Notes: generated by a model not told the origin, from the sequence alone. 64,000 nt of DNA from Bryobacterales bacterium (GCA_963422375.2 OY729427.2:1472001-1536000); one strand, 5' to 3'; numbered from the stretch's first letter, positions 29,912 through 40,139 are shown. Made by a program: numbers and translations.

Positions 29912-30342
29912 GCCGACCCGCTCCGCTTGCGCAGCAGCCAGACCGCGACGGCCGCGACGGCCAGGGCCGCAAGCACCAGGTCGCGGATCGAGAGAGAGGT
30001 TCCCGATTCGGACCGCGCCGCGCCGCCCGCGTCCACCGCAACGTGCGCTTCGGCCCGGTGCCCCATGCCGTCGTCCGCCACGACTCGCCAGCGCCCCGGC
30101 GAGTCCGGCACGAAGCTGGCGCGGCCGTTCGGGTCGGTCCGCAGCGTCTGGTACATCCGACCGGCTTCGGCCGGGGAATACACCGACACTTCGGCGTCGG
30201 CCGGATCGCCGTTGGCGTAGGCGTAGCGCACGACCACGGCCCGCGCCGAGCCCTCGATCTCCGCGAGCATCCCGTGGGCGTGCAGGGTCGGCGGGGCGCA
30301 GAGGCAGAGCGCGAAGAGCGCCCCGAGCAGGCGTTGGCTCAG
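29908..30342 (-). CDS. CbiL/NikL-like accessory component of a Ni/Co ECF transporter
   Basis: Signal peptide then AH, YANGDP..AEVSVYSP, RTDPNGR.SF.PD..G.W, DDGMGH and a C-terminal TM helix. Start uncertain (CTG overlapping the cbiM stop). Confidence 0.7.
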   Translation of the reverse strand: MSQRLLGALFALCLCAPPTLHAHGMLAEIEGSARAVVVRYAYANGDPADAEVSVYSPAEAGRMYQTLRTDPNGRASFVPDSPGRWRVVADDGMGHRAEAHVAVDAGGAARSESGTSLSIRDLVLAALAVAAVAVWLLRKRSGSA

Positions 30343-30926
30343 CGAGCGGAAGGGAGCAGCATGCCGGGCCGGGCCCGGCTCAGGCTCGACGCGGCCGCTG
30401 CCGTGACGGCGCCCTCGACCGCGGCCACCACCGAGTAGAGCGCGGCCACCGCGTAGAAGCCCTTCCCGTAGTCGGCCAGCTCGAACTCCGCGGCCAGCAG
30501 CAGGGCGGGCAGGAGCGCGCCCAGCAGGCCGGCGGCTGCCGCTCGCGGGGCGGCAGGTCCCGGCAGCTGCCGCCAGATCCACCAGCCAACCGCCGCCCCG
30601 AGGCCCGCGTTGAGGGCATTCACCCCCAGCGAGAGGAGACCGCCGTGCTGGAACAGAAGAGACTGGAAGAGCAGGCATAGGTACAAGACCGGGAACGCCC
30701 TCCTGCCCAGCAGCATGCCGAGCAGGCCGTACAGGCCGAGGTGCGCGGGCACGCCGGCGATCGGGAACTGGACCGTCGAGACGACGAACGCCGCGGCCGC
30801 CGCCAAGCCCATCCTGGAGGCTTCCGCCACGCTCACGTCGCGGCTTGCGGAGCCCAGCCACGCGGCGCTGGCCGCATGCGCGGCGACGCAGCCCGTCACC
30901 GGGAGAATCCCGTCCGCGACATGCAC
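30339..30926 (-). CDS. cbiM: Ni/Co ECF S-component CbiM/NikM
   Basis: N-terminal MHVADG metal-binding motif, AHLG..GL, FQHGGL.SLGVNALN and VEG.VT. Confidence 0.9.
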   Translation of the reverse strand: MHVADGILPVTGCVAAHAASAAWLGSASRDVSVAEASRMGLAAAAAFVVSTVQFPIAGVPAHLGLYGLLGMLLGRRAFPVLYLCLLFQSLLFQHGGLLSLGVNALNAGLGAAVGWWIWRQLPGPAAPRAAAAGLLGALLPALLLAAEFELADYGKGFYAVAALYSVVAAVEGAVTAAAASSLSRARPGMLLPSAR

Positions 30927-30962
30927 CGGACTTGCGAGTATATCACGCGCCCCCGGCGCGCC

Positions 30963-32009
30963 TCAGTTGCCGAGGCCGCGGCCGGCGGCGAGCCCCTCGG
31001 CCAGGTAGTCCCGGATCTTGGACCGGTTGCGCTCGACGTCCAGCAGCGCGGTGCGCAGCAGCTGCTCCTTCCGGTTCGCCAGCACCGCGCGGATCGACTC
31101 CTGCACGTCCGGATCCCCGAACTCCCGGCGACCGGCGGGCTCCACCGCGACCAGCCGCAGGATCCGGAACTCGCCGCCCGTCTGGACGACCGGGGACGTG
31201 TCGCCCGGCTGCAGGTCCACCAGCGCCCGACGCAGGCGCACGTCGGTCTTCTCGAGGGCCGAAACCGAGACGAAGCCCATGTCGCCGCCGTTCGCCGCGT
31301 AGACCGGATCTTCCGAGTAGTGCAGGGCCATTTCCTCGAAATCGGCGCCGTCCGCGAGCTCCTCGCGAATCCGCCGGATCTTCCGGCGCGCCGACTCCAA
31401 GTCGGTGGCGTCGTCGTTGCGCAGGTTGGGCACCGGGACCACCTCGGTGTCCGCTACGAGGATCTGGGCGAGGCGCAGCTGCTGCTCGGGCACGGCGAAG
31501 GCCGCCTGGTGGCTGTCGTAGTAGGCGCGCATCTCGTCCTCCCCGACGCGCACCTTGGACGCGATCTCGCGGTTCAGCAGCATCTCGACCGTCAGCTGGC
31601 GGCGCAGCTCCTCGCGCAGGGACGCTAGGTCCACTCCCGCGCGTTCCAGCGCCTCGTGCAAGCCTTCCGGCGTGGCGTACGCCAGGCGGTACCGCTCCAT
31701 GGCGCCTTCGACCTCCCGGTCGGCCACCGCCAGGCCCTGCTCCGAGGCCCGGCGCAGCAGAACCCGATGATCCACGAGCTCGCGCAGGAGGCCGACGCGT
31801 CGCAGCAGATCCTGCTGGGCGTCGCCGACCTCGCCCAAGCCGCTCGACGCAGGCCGGCGCGCGAGTTCGAACACCAGCAGGTCGGCACCGGTGATCCGAG
31901 CGCCGTTGACCTCCGCCAAGGGCCGGTCGAGCTCGGACCGCTCGCACGAAAGCCCCGCGCCGACGGCCGCGAGAGCCGCCGCCAGGGCAGGGGCCCGCCG
32001 CCAGTCCAT
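30963..32009 (-). CDS. SurA/PrsA-like parvulin peptidyl-prolyl isomerase, lipoprotein
   Basis: Signal ending GLSC, AEVNGARIT, LAQILV and GADFEEMALHYSED...GGDMGF. Confidence 0.88.
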   Translation of the reverse strand: MDWRRAPALAAALAAVGAGLSCERSELDRPLAEVNGARITGADLLVFELARRPASSGLGEVGDAQQDLLRRVGLLRELVDHRVLLRRASEQGLAVADREVEGAMERYRLAYATPEGLHEALERAGVDLASLREELRRQLTVEMLLNREIASKVRVGEDEMRAYYDSHQAAFAVPEQQLRLAQILVADTEVVPVPNLRNDDATDLESARRKIRRIREELADGADFEEMALHYSEDPVYAANGGDMGFVSVSALEKTDVRLRRALVDLQPGDTSPVVQTGGEFRILRLVAVEPAGRREFGDPDVQESIRAVLANRKEQLLRTALLDVERNRSKIRDYLAEGLAAGRGLGN

Positions 32010-32035
32010 ACGGCCGTCCAAGGGCCGAGCGCCCG

Positions 32036-32485
32036 CTACGACTCGCCGCCGGACCCGGCGGCGTCCTCGGACTTGTCCTGCATGCGGGCCTCGCGACGCT
32101 TCTTCTTGGCGTCGCCGCGCTTGGCCAGTTGCGTCCCGAGCAACTCGAGAACCGCGGTTTCCGCCCCGTCGCCACGGCGCGGGCCCAAGCGCACGATGCG
32201 CGTGTAGCCGCCGGCCCTGTCGGCGAAGCGCGGGCCGACCGTATCGAACAGCTTGCGCACGGCCCGCGGCTGGTACAGGTAGGCCGCCGCCTGCCGACGC
32301 GCATGCAGGGTGTCGCGCTTGGCCAGCGTGATCACCTGCTCCACGATCGGGCGCACGGCCTTGGCCTTGGCCACGGTCGTATTGACCCGCTCGTCGATAA
32401 TCACGCTGGTGGCCAGGCCGCGCAGCAGCGCGCGCCGCGCCGACGGATTCCGCTGCAGCTTGTAGCCGCCTCTTCGGTGCCTCAT
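32036..32485 (-). CDS. rplQ: 50S ribosomal protein L17
   Basis: MRHR..GYKL.R, TTVAKAK and GGYTRI...R.GD.A. Confidence 0.97.
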   Translation of the reverse strand: MRHRRGGYKLQRNPSARRALLRGLATSVIIDERVNTTVAKAKAVRPIVEQVITLAKRDTLHARRQAAAYLYQPRAVRKLFDTVGPRFADRAGGYTRIVRLGPRRGDGAETAVLELLGTQLAKRGDAKKKRREARMQDKSEDAAGSGGES

Positions 32486-32497
32486 CGCGCCCGCCCC

Positions 32498-33499
32498 CTA
32501 GTAGGCCCGCTCGGTCTCGGCATGCCGGGGGATCAGCCGACCGTGCTCGTCTTCGATCATCCCGAACTGCAGGCCCATGGTCTCGAGAATGTCCTTGATC
32601 TCCTCCAGGGACTTGCGCCCGAAGTTCTTCACCTTCATCATGTCGGACTCCGTGCGCACCACGAGATCGCGCACCGTCAGGATGCTCGCGTTCTTCAGGC
32701 AGTTGTACGAACGCACCGAGAGCTCCATGTCGTCGACGGACTTGTTGAGGTGCTCCGTGTAGCGGTCGGCGAACTGCTCGACCGGCGCCTCGAGCGCCGC
32801 CGCCTCCTCTTCGAAGTTGATGAAGATCTGCATGTGGTCCTTGAGTAGCTTGGCCGCCAGGCCCACCGCGTCCTGCGGGGTGACGGCGCCGTTGGTCCAC
32901 AGCTCGAGGCTCAGCTTCTCGTAGTCGGTCGTCTGCCCCAACCGCGCCGGGTCCACCCGGTAGCTGACCCGATGCACCGGGGAATGCACGGAATCGATCG
33001 GGATGAAGTCGACCGCCAGGTCATCGTCGAAGTTCTTCTCGGCGGAGACGTAGCCCCGCCCCTGCTTCACGCGCATCTCGATGTCGAGCACGCCTTCGTC
33101 GCTGACCGTGGCGATGTACACCTTCGGGTCCAGGATCACTATGTCCGCGTCCGTTTCGATGGCCTGGCTGTAGACCTCGCCCGGCTCGGTCACGCGGAGC
33201 CGGACCGTGCGCGTGCCCTCGCCGTGCAGCTTCAGCGGGATCTGCTTCAGGTTCAGGATGATGTCCGTGGCGTCCTCGACCACTCCCGGAATGGGAGTGA
33301 ACTCGTGCGAGATGCCTTCGATCCGGACCGCGCTGATCGCCGCCCCTTCGATCGAGCTCAGCAGCGCCCGCCGCAGCGAGTTGCCCACCGTGGTTCCGAA
33401 CCCGCGTTCGAACGGCTGGGCGCTGAAGCTGCCGTAGGTCTCGACCAAGCTCTCCGAATCGACGGAGAGCCGCTTGGGCTTCTGGAATCCTCTCCACAT
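32498..33499 (-). CDS. rpoA: RNA polymerase alpha subunit
   Basis: [26 protein letters not shown] and NFGRKSL. Confidence 0.98.
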   Translation of the reverse strand: MWRGFQKPKRLSVDSESLVETYGSFSAQPFERGFGTTVGNSLRRALLSSIEGAAISAVRIEGISHEFTPIPGVVEDATDIILNLKQIPLKLHGEGTRTVRLRVTEPGEVYSQAIETDADIVILDPKVYIATVSDEGVLDIEMRVKQGRGYVSAEKNFDDDLAVDFIPIDSVHSPVHRVSYRVDPARLGQTTDYEKLSLELWTNGAVTPQDAVGLAAKLLKDHMQIFINFEEEAAALEAPVEQFADRYTEHLNKSVDDMELSVRSYNCLKNASILTVRDLVVRTESDMMKVKNFGRKSLEEIKDILETMGLQFGMIEDEHGRLIPRHAETERAY

Positions 33500-33553
33500 G
33501 CGCTGTGTGTCCTTCCCCTGCTCGGCGACGGCCCGCGCCGTCGGGCGCCGGGC

Positions 33554-34171
33554 CTACCGCGAGTACAGTTCCACGATCAACTGCGCGTTGATCTGGGTCG
33601 ACTCGAGGTCCTCCCTCGGCGGCAAGCTGAGCACGCGCCCCTGGAATTCCGCCGCCGACGGCTCCAGCCAACCCGGCGAGGCGGCCAGCACCGGCTCTTC
33701 CAGCGCCTTGCGAATGCCCCCGTGCTGCCGGCTCCGCTCGCGGACCGCGACCACGTCGCCCGCGTCCACCAAGTACGACGGGATGTCTACCTTCGATCCG
33801 TTGACCTGCACGTGACCGTGGTTGACGATCTGGCGGGCCTGGCGCCGCGAATGGGCGAAGCCCAGGCGGAAGACGACGTTGTCCAAGCGACGCTCCAGCA
33901 GGCTCAGCAGGTTGTCTCCCACCACACCCGGCATTCGCGTCGCGCGCTCGTAGTAGTTGCGGAACTGCCTCTCCAACACATCATACATGAAGCGCGCCCG
34001 CTGCTTCTCCTGCATCTGCAGCGCGTAGCCGAGCATCTTCCTGGGCCGCTGCGTCTTGCCGTGCTGGCCCGGCGCGTAGGGGCGCTTGTCCAGCAGCCGC
34101 TCCGACTTCGGGTCGAGCGCCATGCCCAGGCGCCTCGAGCGGCGCACGATGGGTCCCCGGTTTCTTGCCAT
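33554..34171 (-). CDS. rpsD: 30S ribosomal protein S4 (Cys-free N-terminus)
   Basis: PGQHG, EKQ, LERRLDNVVFRLG, ARQIVNHGH and IVELYSR. Confidence 0.96.
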   Translation of the reverse strand: MARNRGPIVRRSRRLGMALDPKSERLLDKRPYAPGQHGKTQRPRKMLGYALQMQEKQRARFMYDVLERQFRNYYERATRMPGVVGDNLLSLLERRLDNVVFRLGFAHSRRQARQIVNHGHVQVNGSKVDIPSYLVDAGDVVAVRERSRQHGGIRKALEEPVLAASPGWLEPSAAEFQGRVLSLPPREDLESTQINAQLIVELYSR

Positions 34172-34188
34172 GCCTTACTCCCAGCGTC

Positions 34189-34590
34189 TCACACGCGACG
34201 CTTCTTCGGCGGCCGGCAGCCGTTGTGCGGAACCGGCGTCACGTCCTTGATGTGCGTGACCTGGATGCCCGCCGAGGCGAGCGCCCGGATGGCCGACTCG
34301 CGCCCGCTCCCCGGGCCCTTGACGCGCACTGCGACGCGCTGCACGCCGTGCTCCTTGGCGCTGTTGGCCGCGGTCAGGCTGGCCTGCTGCGCCGCGAACG
34401 GCGTTCCCTTCTGCGACCCGCGGAATCCCAGCGAGCCGGCGCTGGACCACGAGACCGTGCGGCCTTCGAGATCGGTGATGGTGACGATCGTGTTGTTGAA
34501 GGTCGCCTTCACATGCACGAGCCCCATCGGCACGTTCTTCTTCTGCCGGCTCTTGAAACGCTTCTTGTCCTTGCCCTTGGGCTTCGCCAT
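34189..34590 (-). CDS. rpsK: 30S ribosomal protein S11
   Basis: [16 protein letters not shown] and [14 protein letters not shown]. Confidence 0.98.
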   Translation of the reverse strand: MAKPKGKDKKRFKSRQKKNVPMGLVHVKATFNNTIVTITDLEGRTVSWSSAGSLGFRGSQKGTPFAAQQASLTAANSAKEHGVQRVAVRVKGPGSGRESAIRALASAGIQVTHIKDVTPVPHNGCRPPKKRRV

Positions 34591-34608
34591 CGCTCCGTCC
34601 TCCCGCGC

Positions 34609-34989
34609 CTACTTGGACGCCTTCTTCTTGTTGGCGATCTGGCCGCGCCGGGCACCCTTGCGGCTACGGGCGTTGGTGTGCGTGCGCTGGCCCCTCACGG
34701 GGAGGCCGCGCCGGTGCCGCAGGCCGCGGTAGCAGCCGATCTCCATAAGGCGCCGAACGTTCATGGCGACCTCCTTGCGCAGGTCCCCTTCCACGGCGCG
34801 CTCCTCTTCGAGCAGCGTGCGCAGCGATGTGATCTCGGCGTCGACCAGGTCGCCCATGCGCTTGCCGAAATCGATGCCGGCGCGGTGCAGCAGCGACCGC
34901 GCCCGCGCGAAGCCGATGCCGTACAGATAGGTCAGGGACACCTCGGCCCGCTTGCCGTCGGGAATGTCGACACCTTCGAATCTCGCCAT
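34609..34989 (-). CDS. rpsM: 30S ribosomal protein S13
   Basis: VEGDLR and [23 protein letters not shown]. Confidence 0.98.
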   Translation of the reverse strand: MARFEGVDIPDGKRAEVSLTYLYGIGFARARSLLHRAGIDFGKRMGDLVDAEITSLRTLLEEERAVEGDLRKEVAMNVRRLMEIGCYRGLRHRRGLPVRGQRTHTNARSRKGARRGQIANKKKASK

Positions 34990-35008
34990 CTGGCACCTCC
35001 TCCCGCGC

Positions 35009-35122
35009 CTATCCCTGGCGCTGCTTGTGCTTCGGATTGACGCAGATCACCCGCACGACGCCCCGCCGCCGGATGACCTTGCAGTGGCTGCACAGCCGCT
35101 TGACCGATGCTCGCACCTTCAT
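35009..35122 (-). CDS. rpmJ: 50S ribosomal protein L36 (zinc-ribbon type; not in ORF track)
   Basis: Manual translation [37 protein letters not shown]. Confidence 0.97.
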   Translation of the reverse strand: MKVRASVKRLCSHCKVIRRRGVVRVICVNPKHKQRQG

Positions 35123-35361
35123 TGCTCCGCCCGTCCTATGATTCTCGCCCTAGTCTTGTCGCGCGGGGCTAGGCGCACCCGCACGCGATCACCCGGCAGC
35201 AGGCGCAGGAAATCCAGCTGGTGCCGCCCGGTCGCCGAGGCCGCCACGAAGCGCCCGCCCGGCAGGCGCACGCGGTACAGCAGGCTCGGCAGTTCCGCGA
35301 CCACCGTGCCGGTCGTCTCCGCCGCCCCGGGCCGCCCGCCCCGCTCGCCCGCCGGTCCCAC
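35119..35361 (-). CDS. infA: Divergent translation initiation factor IF-1-like protein
   Basis: [16 protein letters not shown]...[24 protein letters not shown] fits the IF-1 OB-fold pattern; sits between map and rpmJ. GTG start tentative. Confidence 0.75.
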   Translation of the reverse strand: MGPAGERGGRPGAAETTGTVVAELPSLLYRVRLPGGRFVAASATGRHQLDFLRLLPGDRVRVRLAPRDKTRARIIGRAEQ

Positions 35362-35381
35362 GCTCGCCTCGCCGCCATCCG

Positions 35382-36152
35382 TCAGACCACCGTCAGCCGG
35401 CGCGGCCCCTCGCGGGTGACGGCGACGCAGTGCTCGAAATGCGCGGCCCGCGAGCCGTCCCTGGTGACCGCCGTGAAGCGGTCGCGCAAGATGCGCGTGG
35501 CGGACGCGCCGGCCGCCACCATCGGCTCGATGGCGAGCACCATGCCGCAGCGCAGGCGCACGTTGCGCACCCTCGGGTCGATGTAGTTCGGCACCTGCGG
35601 CTCCTCGTGCAGGTGCCTGCCGATGCCGTGGCCCACGAACTCCTTGACGATCGAGAAGCCGTTGCCCTCGACGTGGCGCTGCACGGCCCCGCTGACGTCG
35701 AACAGGCGGCGCCCGTCGACCATCTGCTCGACCGCCAGGTCCAAGGCCTCGCGGGTGACCCGCAGCAGGCGCTCGGTCTCCGCGGAGATGCGGCCCACCG
35801 GGATCGTCGTCGCCGAGTCCCCGTAGTAGCCGTCCAGGAGCACCCCGCAGTCCACCTTCACGATGTCCCCCTCGGCCAGCACGCGCCGCCGCGAAGGGAT
35901 GCCGTGGACCACCTCTTCGTTGACCGAGGTGCACAGCGCGGCCGGAAACCGCTTGCCAACCGCCGGGACGTAGTAGCCCTTGAAGGCGGCCCTGGCGCCC
36001 GCGTCGCGGATCATCGCCGCCGCCCGGCGCTCCAAGTCCATCGTCGTCATGCCGGGCTCGACCAGCTCGTGCAGGGCCGCCAGGATGCGGGCCACCAGCT
36101 TGCCGCTGGCCTGCATCCGGCCGATCTCGATGGGGCTCTTGCGCACGATCAT
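35382..36152 (-). CDS. map: Methionine aminopeptidase type I
   Basis: CTSVNEEVVHGIP, GDIVKVD, GYYGD, GHGIG..LHEEP, AIEPM and AHFEH. Confidence 0.96.
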   Translation of the reverse strand: MIVRKSPIEIGRMQASGKLVARILAALHELVEPGMTTMDLERRAAAMIRDAGARAAFKGYYVPAVGKRFPAALCTSVNEEVVHGIPSRRRVLAEGDIVKVDCGVLLDGYYGDSATTIPVGRISAETERLLRVTREALDLAVEQMVDGRRLFDVSGAVQRHVEGNGFSIVKEFVGHGIGRHLHEEPQVPNYIDPRVRNVRLRCGMVLAIEPMVAAGASATRILRDRFTAVTRDGSRAAHFEHCVAVTREGPRRLTVV

Positions 36153-36193
36153 GGCATTGCTCCGGGCCGTCCGCGACGGGACGGCCGCGCCGC

Positions 36194-37579
36194 TTACGCG
36201 AACGAATGGCGCCCCCGGATCCGGCCCGCGCGGGGCGTGAAGCCCTCGTAGTGGCGCATCAGCAACTGCGACTCGACTTGGTTGACGAAGTCCATCGCCA
36301 CGCCGACCACGATCAGCAGCGACGTGCCGCCGAAGTAGAAACGCACGTTGAGCCCGTCCAGCAGCCAGCGCGGCAGGTTCGCGTCGGCCCAGTTCCCGAT
36401 CAGCGGCAGGTGGTGGATCTTGGCGCCGTTGATCATCAGGTCCGGAATCAGCGAGATGGCCGCCAGGTACAGGGCCCCCACCAGCGTCAGCTTGGTCAGG
36501 ATGTCGTTGATGTGCTCGGCCGTGGGCTTGCCCGAGCGGATGCCCGGCACGAACCCGCCGTACTTGCGCATGTTGTCGGCCACCTCGTTGGGATTGAAGA
36601 TGATCGACACGTAGAAAAAGCAGAAGAAGACGATGCCCACCACGTAGATCAGCTCGTAGAGCGGCTCGCCCGGGCGCACCGTCTCCAGCAGTCGCGACAG
36701 CAGCGGGCTGTCGGCGAACATCAGCGTGAGCGTCTGCGGCAGCGAGAGGATCGACGAGGCGAAGATGACCGGGATCACGCCGCCGGCGTTGACCTTCAGC
36801 GGCAGGTGGGTGGACTGGCCGCCCATCATGCGCCGCCCCACGACCCGGCGCGCGTACTGCACGGGGATCCTGCGCTCGCCGCGCTCGACGAAGACGATGA
36901 AGCCGACCACCAGCACCATCGCGACGACGATCACGACCGCGGCGATCACGTTCCATTGGCCCGTGACGAAGACGTTCTCGTAGACGTTCTGGACCGCCCC
37001 GGGCAGGCCCACGACGATGCCCGCGAAGATGATCAGCGACATGCCGTTGCCGATGCCGCGCTCGGTGATCTGCTCGCCCAGCCACATGATGAAGGCCGTG
37101 CCAGTGGTCAGGGTCAGGATCATCATCAGGCGGAAGCCCCAGCCGGGGTTGTATGCCAGGCCCTGCTGCACGACGAGCTGCGCGAACGCGAACGACTGCA
37201 CGATGCTGATGCCGATGGTCAGGTAGCGCGTCCACTGGGTGATCTTGCGACGGCCCAGCTCGCCTTCCTTCTGCAGGCGCTCCAGCGTCGGCACGGCGAC
37301 CGTGAGCAGCTGCAGGATGATCGAGGCCGTGATGTACGGCATGATCCCCAGCGCGAAGATGGTCAGCTGGCTCAGCTGGCCTCCGGAGAACAGGTCGAGG
37401 AACCCGAGCGTCGTGCCGCGGGCCGCCTCGAAGATCCGCTGCAGCTCCTCGGTGTTGACGCCCGGCGTCGGGATGTGCCCGCCCACGCGGTAGACGGCCA
37501 GCATCGACAGCGTAAACAGGAGCCGCTTGCGCAGGTCCGGCACGCGGAAGGCGTTGGCGCAGGCTTCCAGCCACTTCAT
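36194..37579 (-). CDS. secY: Preprotein translocase subunit SecY
   Basis: FALGIMPYITASII, GIGNGMSLIIF, GVIPVIFA and FGGTSLLIVVGV. Confidence 0.98.
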   Translation of the reverse strand: MKWLEACANAFRVPDLRKRLLFTLSMLAVYRVGGHIPTPGVNTEELQRIFEAARGTTLGFLDLFSGGQLSQLTIFALGIMPYITASIILQLLTVAVPTLERLQKEGELGRRKITQWTRYLTIGISIVQSFAFAQLVVQQGLAYNPGWGFRLMMILTLTTGTAFIMWLGEQITERGIGNGMSLIIFAGIVVGLPGAVQNVYENVFVTGQWNVIAAVVIVVAMVLVVGFIVFVERGERRIPVQYARRVVGRRMMGGQSTHLPLKVNAGGVIPVIFASSILSLPQTLTLMFADSPLLSRLLETVRPGEPLYELIYVVGIVFFCFFYVSIIFNPNEVADNMRKYGGFVPGIRSGKPTAEHINDILTKLTLVGALYLAAISLIPDLMINGAKIHHLPLIGNWADANLPRWLLDGLNVRFYFGGTSLLIVVGVAMDFVNQVESQLLMRHYEGFTPRAGRIRGRHSFA

Positions 37580-38034
37580 GGTCGCCGACCCGCCTTCGCG
37601 GCCGACAGCGCCTTGCCGCCCGCCCTCTCGATCTTGTCCCGCGCGGCGGCGGAGAACCGATGGGCCGCGACCGTGACGGGCCGGGTGATGTCGCCGCCGC
37701 CGAGAATCTTGAGGCCGTCCCGCAGGTCGCGGACCACGCCCCGCCGGACGAGCCCGTCCGGCGTGAAGTCGTCGCCCTCGAGCTCCTCGAGGCGCGCTAC
37801 GTTCAGCACGGCGTACTCCTTGCGCCCGGGGTTGTGGAACCCGCGCTTGGGCACGCGCCGGATCAGCGGCATCTGGCCGCCCTCGAAGCCGCGGCGGCGG
37901 CGATAGCCCGACCGGGACTTCTGGCCCTTCTCGCCGCGCCCGGCCGTGACCCCGAGGCCCGAGCCCGGGCCGCGGCCGCGCCGCTTGCGCGCGCGGCGCG
38001 AGCCGGGCGCCGGATGCAATTCGCTGAGATTCAT
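37576..38034 (-). CDS. rplO: 50S ribosomal protein L15
   Basis: GRGPGSG, GQKSRSG and FEGGQMPL.RR.PKRGF. Confidence 0.97.
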   Translation of the reverse strand: MNLSELHPAPGSRRARKRRGRGPGSGLGVTAGRGEKGQKSRSGYRRRRGFEGGQMPLIRRVPKRGFHNPGRKEYAVLNVARLEELEGDDFTPDGLVRRGVVRDLRDGLKILGGGDITRPVTVAAHRFSAAARDKIERAGGKALSAAKAGRRP

Positions 38035-38046
38035 CGCCCTGCCCGC

Positions 38047-38229
38047 CTACTCGACGACCTCCACCAGGTGCAGCACCTTGGCCACCATGCCGCGGGTGGC
38101 GGGGCCCTCCGGCCGCTCGACCACCTGCCCGATACGGCGCAGGCCGAGGCCGCGCACCACCTTCCTGAGCTTCGCCGGCGCGCCGATCGCGCTCCGCTTC
38201 AGCCGGATCCTGACCGTCGCGCCCGTCAC
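38047..38229 (-). CDS. rpmD: 50S ribosomal protein L30
   Basis: [13 protein letters not shown] and RGMVAKV.HLV. Confidence 0.95.
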   Translation of the reverse strand: MTGATVRIRLKRSAIGAPAKLRKVVRGLGLRRIGQVVERPEGPATRGMVAKVLHLVEVVE

Positions 38230-38744
38230 TTGCCGCCCCTGATCTCGCTGGGATCCTTGCCGCGGATGCGGGCCACCTCGTCCGGGTGGCGCAGCTGCTT
38301 GAGAGCCTCGAAGGTCGCCTTGATCGCGTTGTGCGGGTTCTTCGACCCGATCGACTTGGTCAGCACGTTCTGGATTCCCGCCGCCTCGACGACGAAGCGC
38401 ACGGCTCCTCCGGCGATCGCTCCCTTGCCCTCGCGGGCCGGCTTGAGGAGCACGCGGCCCGCCCCGAAGACGCCCAGCACCTCGTGCGGGATCGTGGGAC
38501 CGGCCACATGGACCTTGATGAGGTTCTTCTTGGCCTTCTCGACCGCCTTGCGGATAGCCGACGGCACTTCCTTGGCCTTTCCCTTAGCGTAGCCCACGAC
38601 GTGCCTCTCGGCGTCCCCGACGACGACCAGCGCCGAAAAGCTCAGGTTCTTGCCGCCCTTGACGACCTTGGTGACGCGATTGATCGCGACCACCTGATCG
38701 GTCAGCTGCAGCTCGGTCTGCTCGATGCCATGGCTGGCGTCCAT
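38226..38744 (-). CDS. rpsE: 30S ribosomal protein S5
   Basis: [11 protein letters not shown] and [13 protein letters not shown]. Confidence 0.97.
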   Translation of the reverse strand: MDASHGIEQTELQLTDQVVAINRVTKVVKGGKNLSFSALVVVGDAERHVVGYAKGKAKEVPSAIRKAVEKAKKNLIKVHVAGPTIPHEVLGVFGAGRVLLKPAREGKGAIAGGAVRFVVEAAGIQNVLTKSIGSKNPHNAIKATFEALKQLRHPDEVARIRGKDPSEIRGGK

Positions 38745-38750
38745 AGTGCC

Positions 38751-39146
38751 CTACTCCCCCTTGTCGCGCGGGCGCCGCTCGCGCGGAGGCGGCAGCAGCC
38801 CGGCCCGCCGGACGGCCTCCGCCAACGCGCGGACGCGGCCTTGAAAATTGTGCCCGCCGCGATCGAAGACGACGCGCTCGATGCCGGCGGCGCGGGCGCT
38901 CTCGACGATCGCCTCGCCGATCCGCACGGCGGCGGCCACGTTGCCGCCGTAGCCGTCGAATCCGGGGCCCGCCGTCGAAGCGGCCGCGAGCGTGCGGCCG
39001 GCGTCGTCGTCGATCACCTGGGCGTAGATGTGCTTCAGCGAGCGGAAGACCGCCAGGCGCGGCCGCGCGGCCGTGCCGCGGACGCGCTTGCGGATGCGGG
39101 CATGCACCCGCCGCCGCCTCTCGTTCCGATTCGGTCGTGACACCAT
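38751..39146 (-). CDS. rplR: 50S ribosomal protein L18
   Basis: [20 protein letters not shown] and VVFDRGG. Confidence 0.97.
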   Translation of the reverse strand: MVSRPNRNERRRRVHARIRKRVRGTAARPRLAVFRSLKHIYAQVIDDDAGRTLAAASTAGPGFDGYGGNVAAAVRIGEAIVESARAAGIERVVFDRGGHNFQGRVRALAEAVRRAGLLPPPRERRPRDKGE

Positions 39147-39172
39147 CGCGAATTCGCTCCGTGCGCGCGGCG

Positions 39173-39706
39173 CTAGCCGGCGCCGCTCTTGCCTTCCTTG
39201 CTGCGCAGGCGCTCGCCGGCGTACCGCACGCCCTTCTGCTTGTAGGGATCGGGCCTGCGCAGGGAGCGTATGTTCGCCGCGGTCTGGCCGACGAGCTGCT
39301 TGTCGATGCCCGACACGACGATCCTGTTGTTGCCCTCGACAGCCGCCTCGATGCCGTCCGGCAGGAGCACCTCGACGGGGTGCGAGTAGCCGAGCTGGAG
39401 CACCAGCACGCGGCCGACCCTCTGGACGCGGTAGCCGACGCCGACGATCTCCAGCCGCTTGCTGAAGCCCTGCGTCACGCCGGTCACGGAATTGCTGGCC
39501 AGGGCCCGGGTGAGGCCCTGCAGCGCCGCGCTGCCGCCGGGGCCGCAGCGGACGCGCAGCTCGCTCCGGTCCACGAGCGCCTCGACGCCGCGCGGCACGG
39601 GCACGCGCAGCTCGCCCCGCGGCCCGCGCACGGTCAGGGCGCCGGGCCCGACGCTCACGCTGGCTCCCGCGGGCAGCGGGACCGGCTTGCCGCCTATCCT
39701 CGACAT
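39173..39706 (-). CDS. rplF: 50S ribosomal protein L6
   Basis: MSRIG, GVGYR, LGYSHP and DKQLVGQ...PDPYK.KG. Confidence 0.97.
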   Translation of the reverse strand: MSRIGGKPVPLPAGASVSVGPGALTVRGPRGELRVPVPRGVEALVDRSELRVRCGPGGSAALQGLTRALASNSVTGVTQGFSKRLEIVGVGYRVQRVGRVLVLQLGYSHPVEVLLPDGIEAAVEGNNRIVVSGIDKQLVGQTAANIRSLRRPDPYKQKGVRYAGERLRSKEGKSGAG

Positions 39707-39734
39707 CGCCGCCCTCCCGCCGCGCGGGCCTGCC

Positions 39735-40130
39735 TCAGTAGACCGTGCATAGCACTTCCCCCCCGACGCCCTTGTCGCGGGCCTGGCGGCCGGTCATCAC
39801 GCCCTTCGACGTGGTCAGGACGCAGACGCCCATGCCGCCGATCACGCTCGGCATCCCGCGGGAGTGGACGTAGACGCGGCGGCTCGGCTTGGAGACGCGA
39901 GTCAGCCGCGTGATCACCGGCTTGCGGTCGGGCCGGTACTTGAGGTAGACCTTCAGCACACGCTTGTTGGCGTCCTTGGCCACGCGGTAGTTCGCCACGT
40001 AGCCCTCCTCCTTGAGGATGCGCGCCAGCTCGATCTTCAGCTTCGAGCCGGGAATGTCGACCTTGCTCAGGCGCGCCGCCAAGCCGTTGCGGATGCGCGT
40101 CAGCATGTCGGCGATGGGATCGGAATGCAT
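39735..40130 (-). CDS. rpsH: 30S ribosomal protein S8
   Basis: DPIADMLTRIRN, SKPSRRVY and GVGGEV. Confidence 0.97.
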   Translation of the reverse strand: MHSDPIADMLTRIRNGLAARLSKVDIPGSKLKIELARILKEEGYVANYRVAKDANKRVLKVYLKYRPDRKPVITRLTRVSKPSRRVYVHSRGMPSVIGGMGVCVLTTSKGVMTGRQARDKGVGGEVLCTVY

Positions 40131-40139
40131 CCCGCCCCC

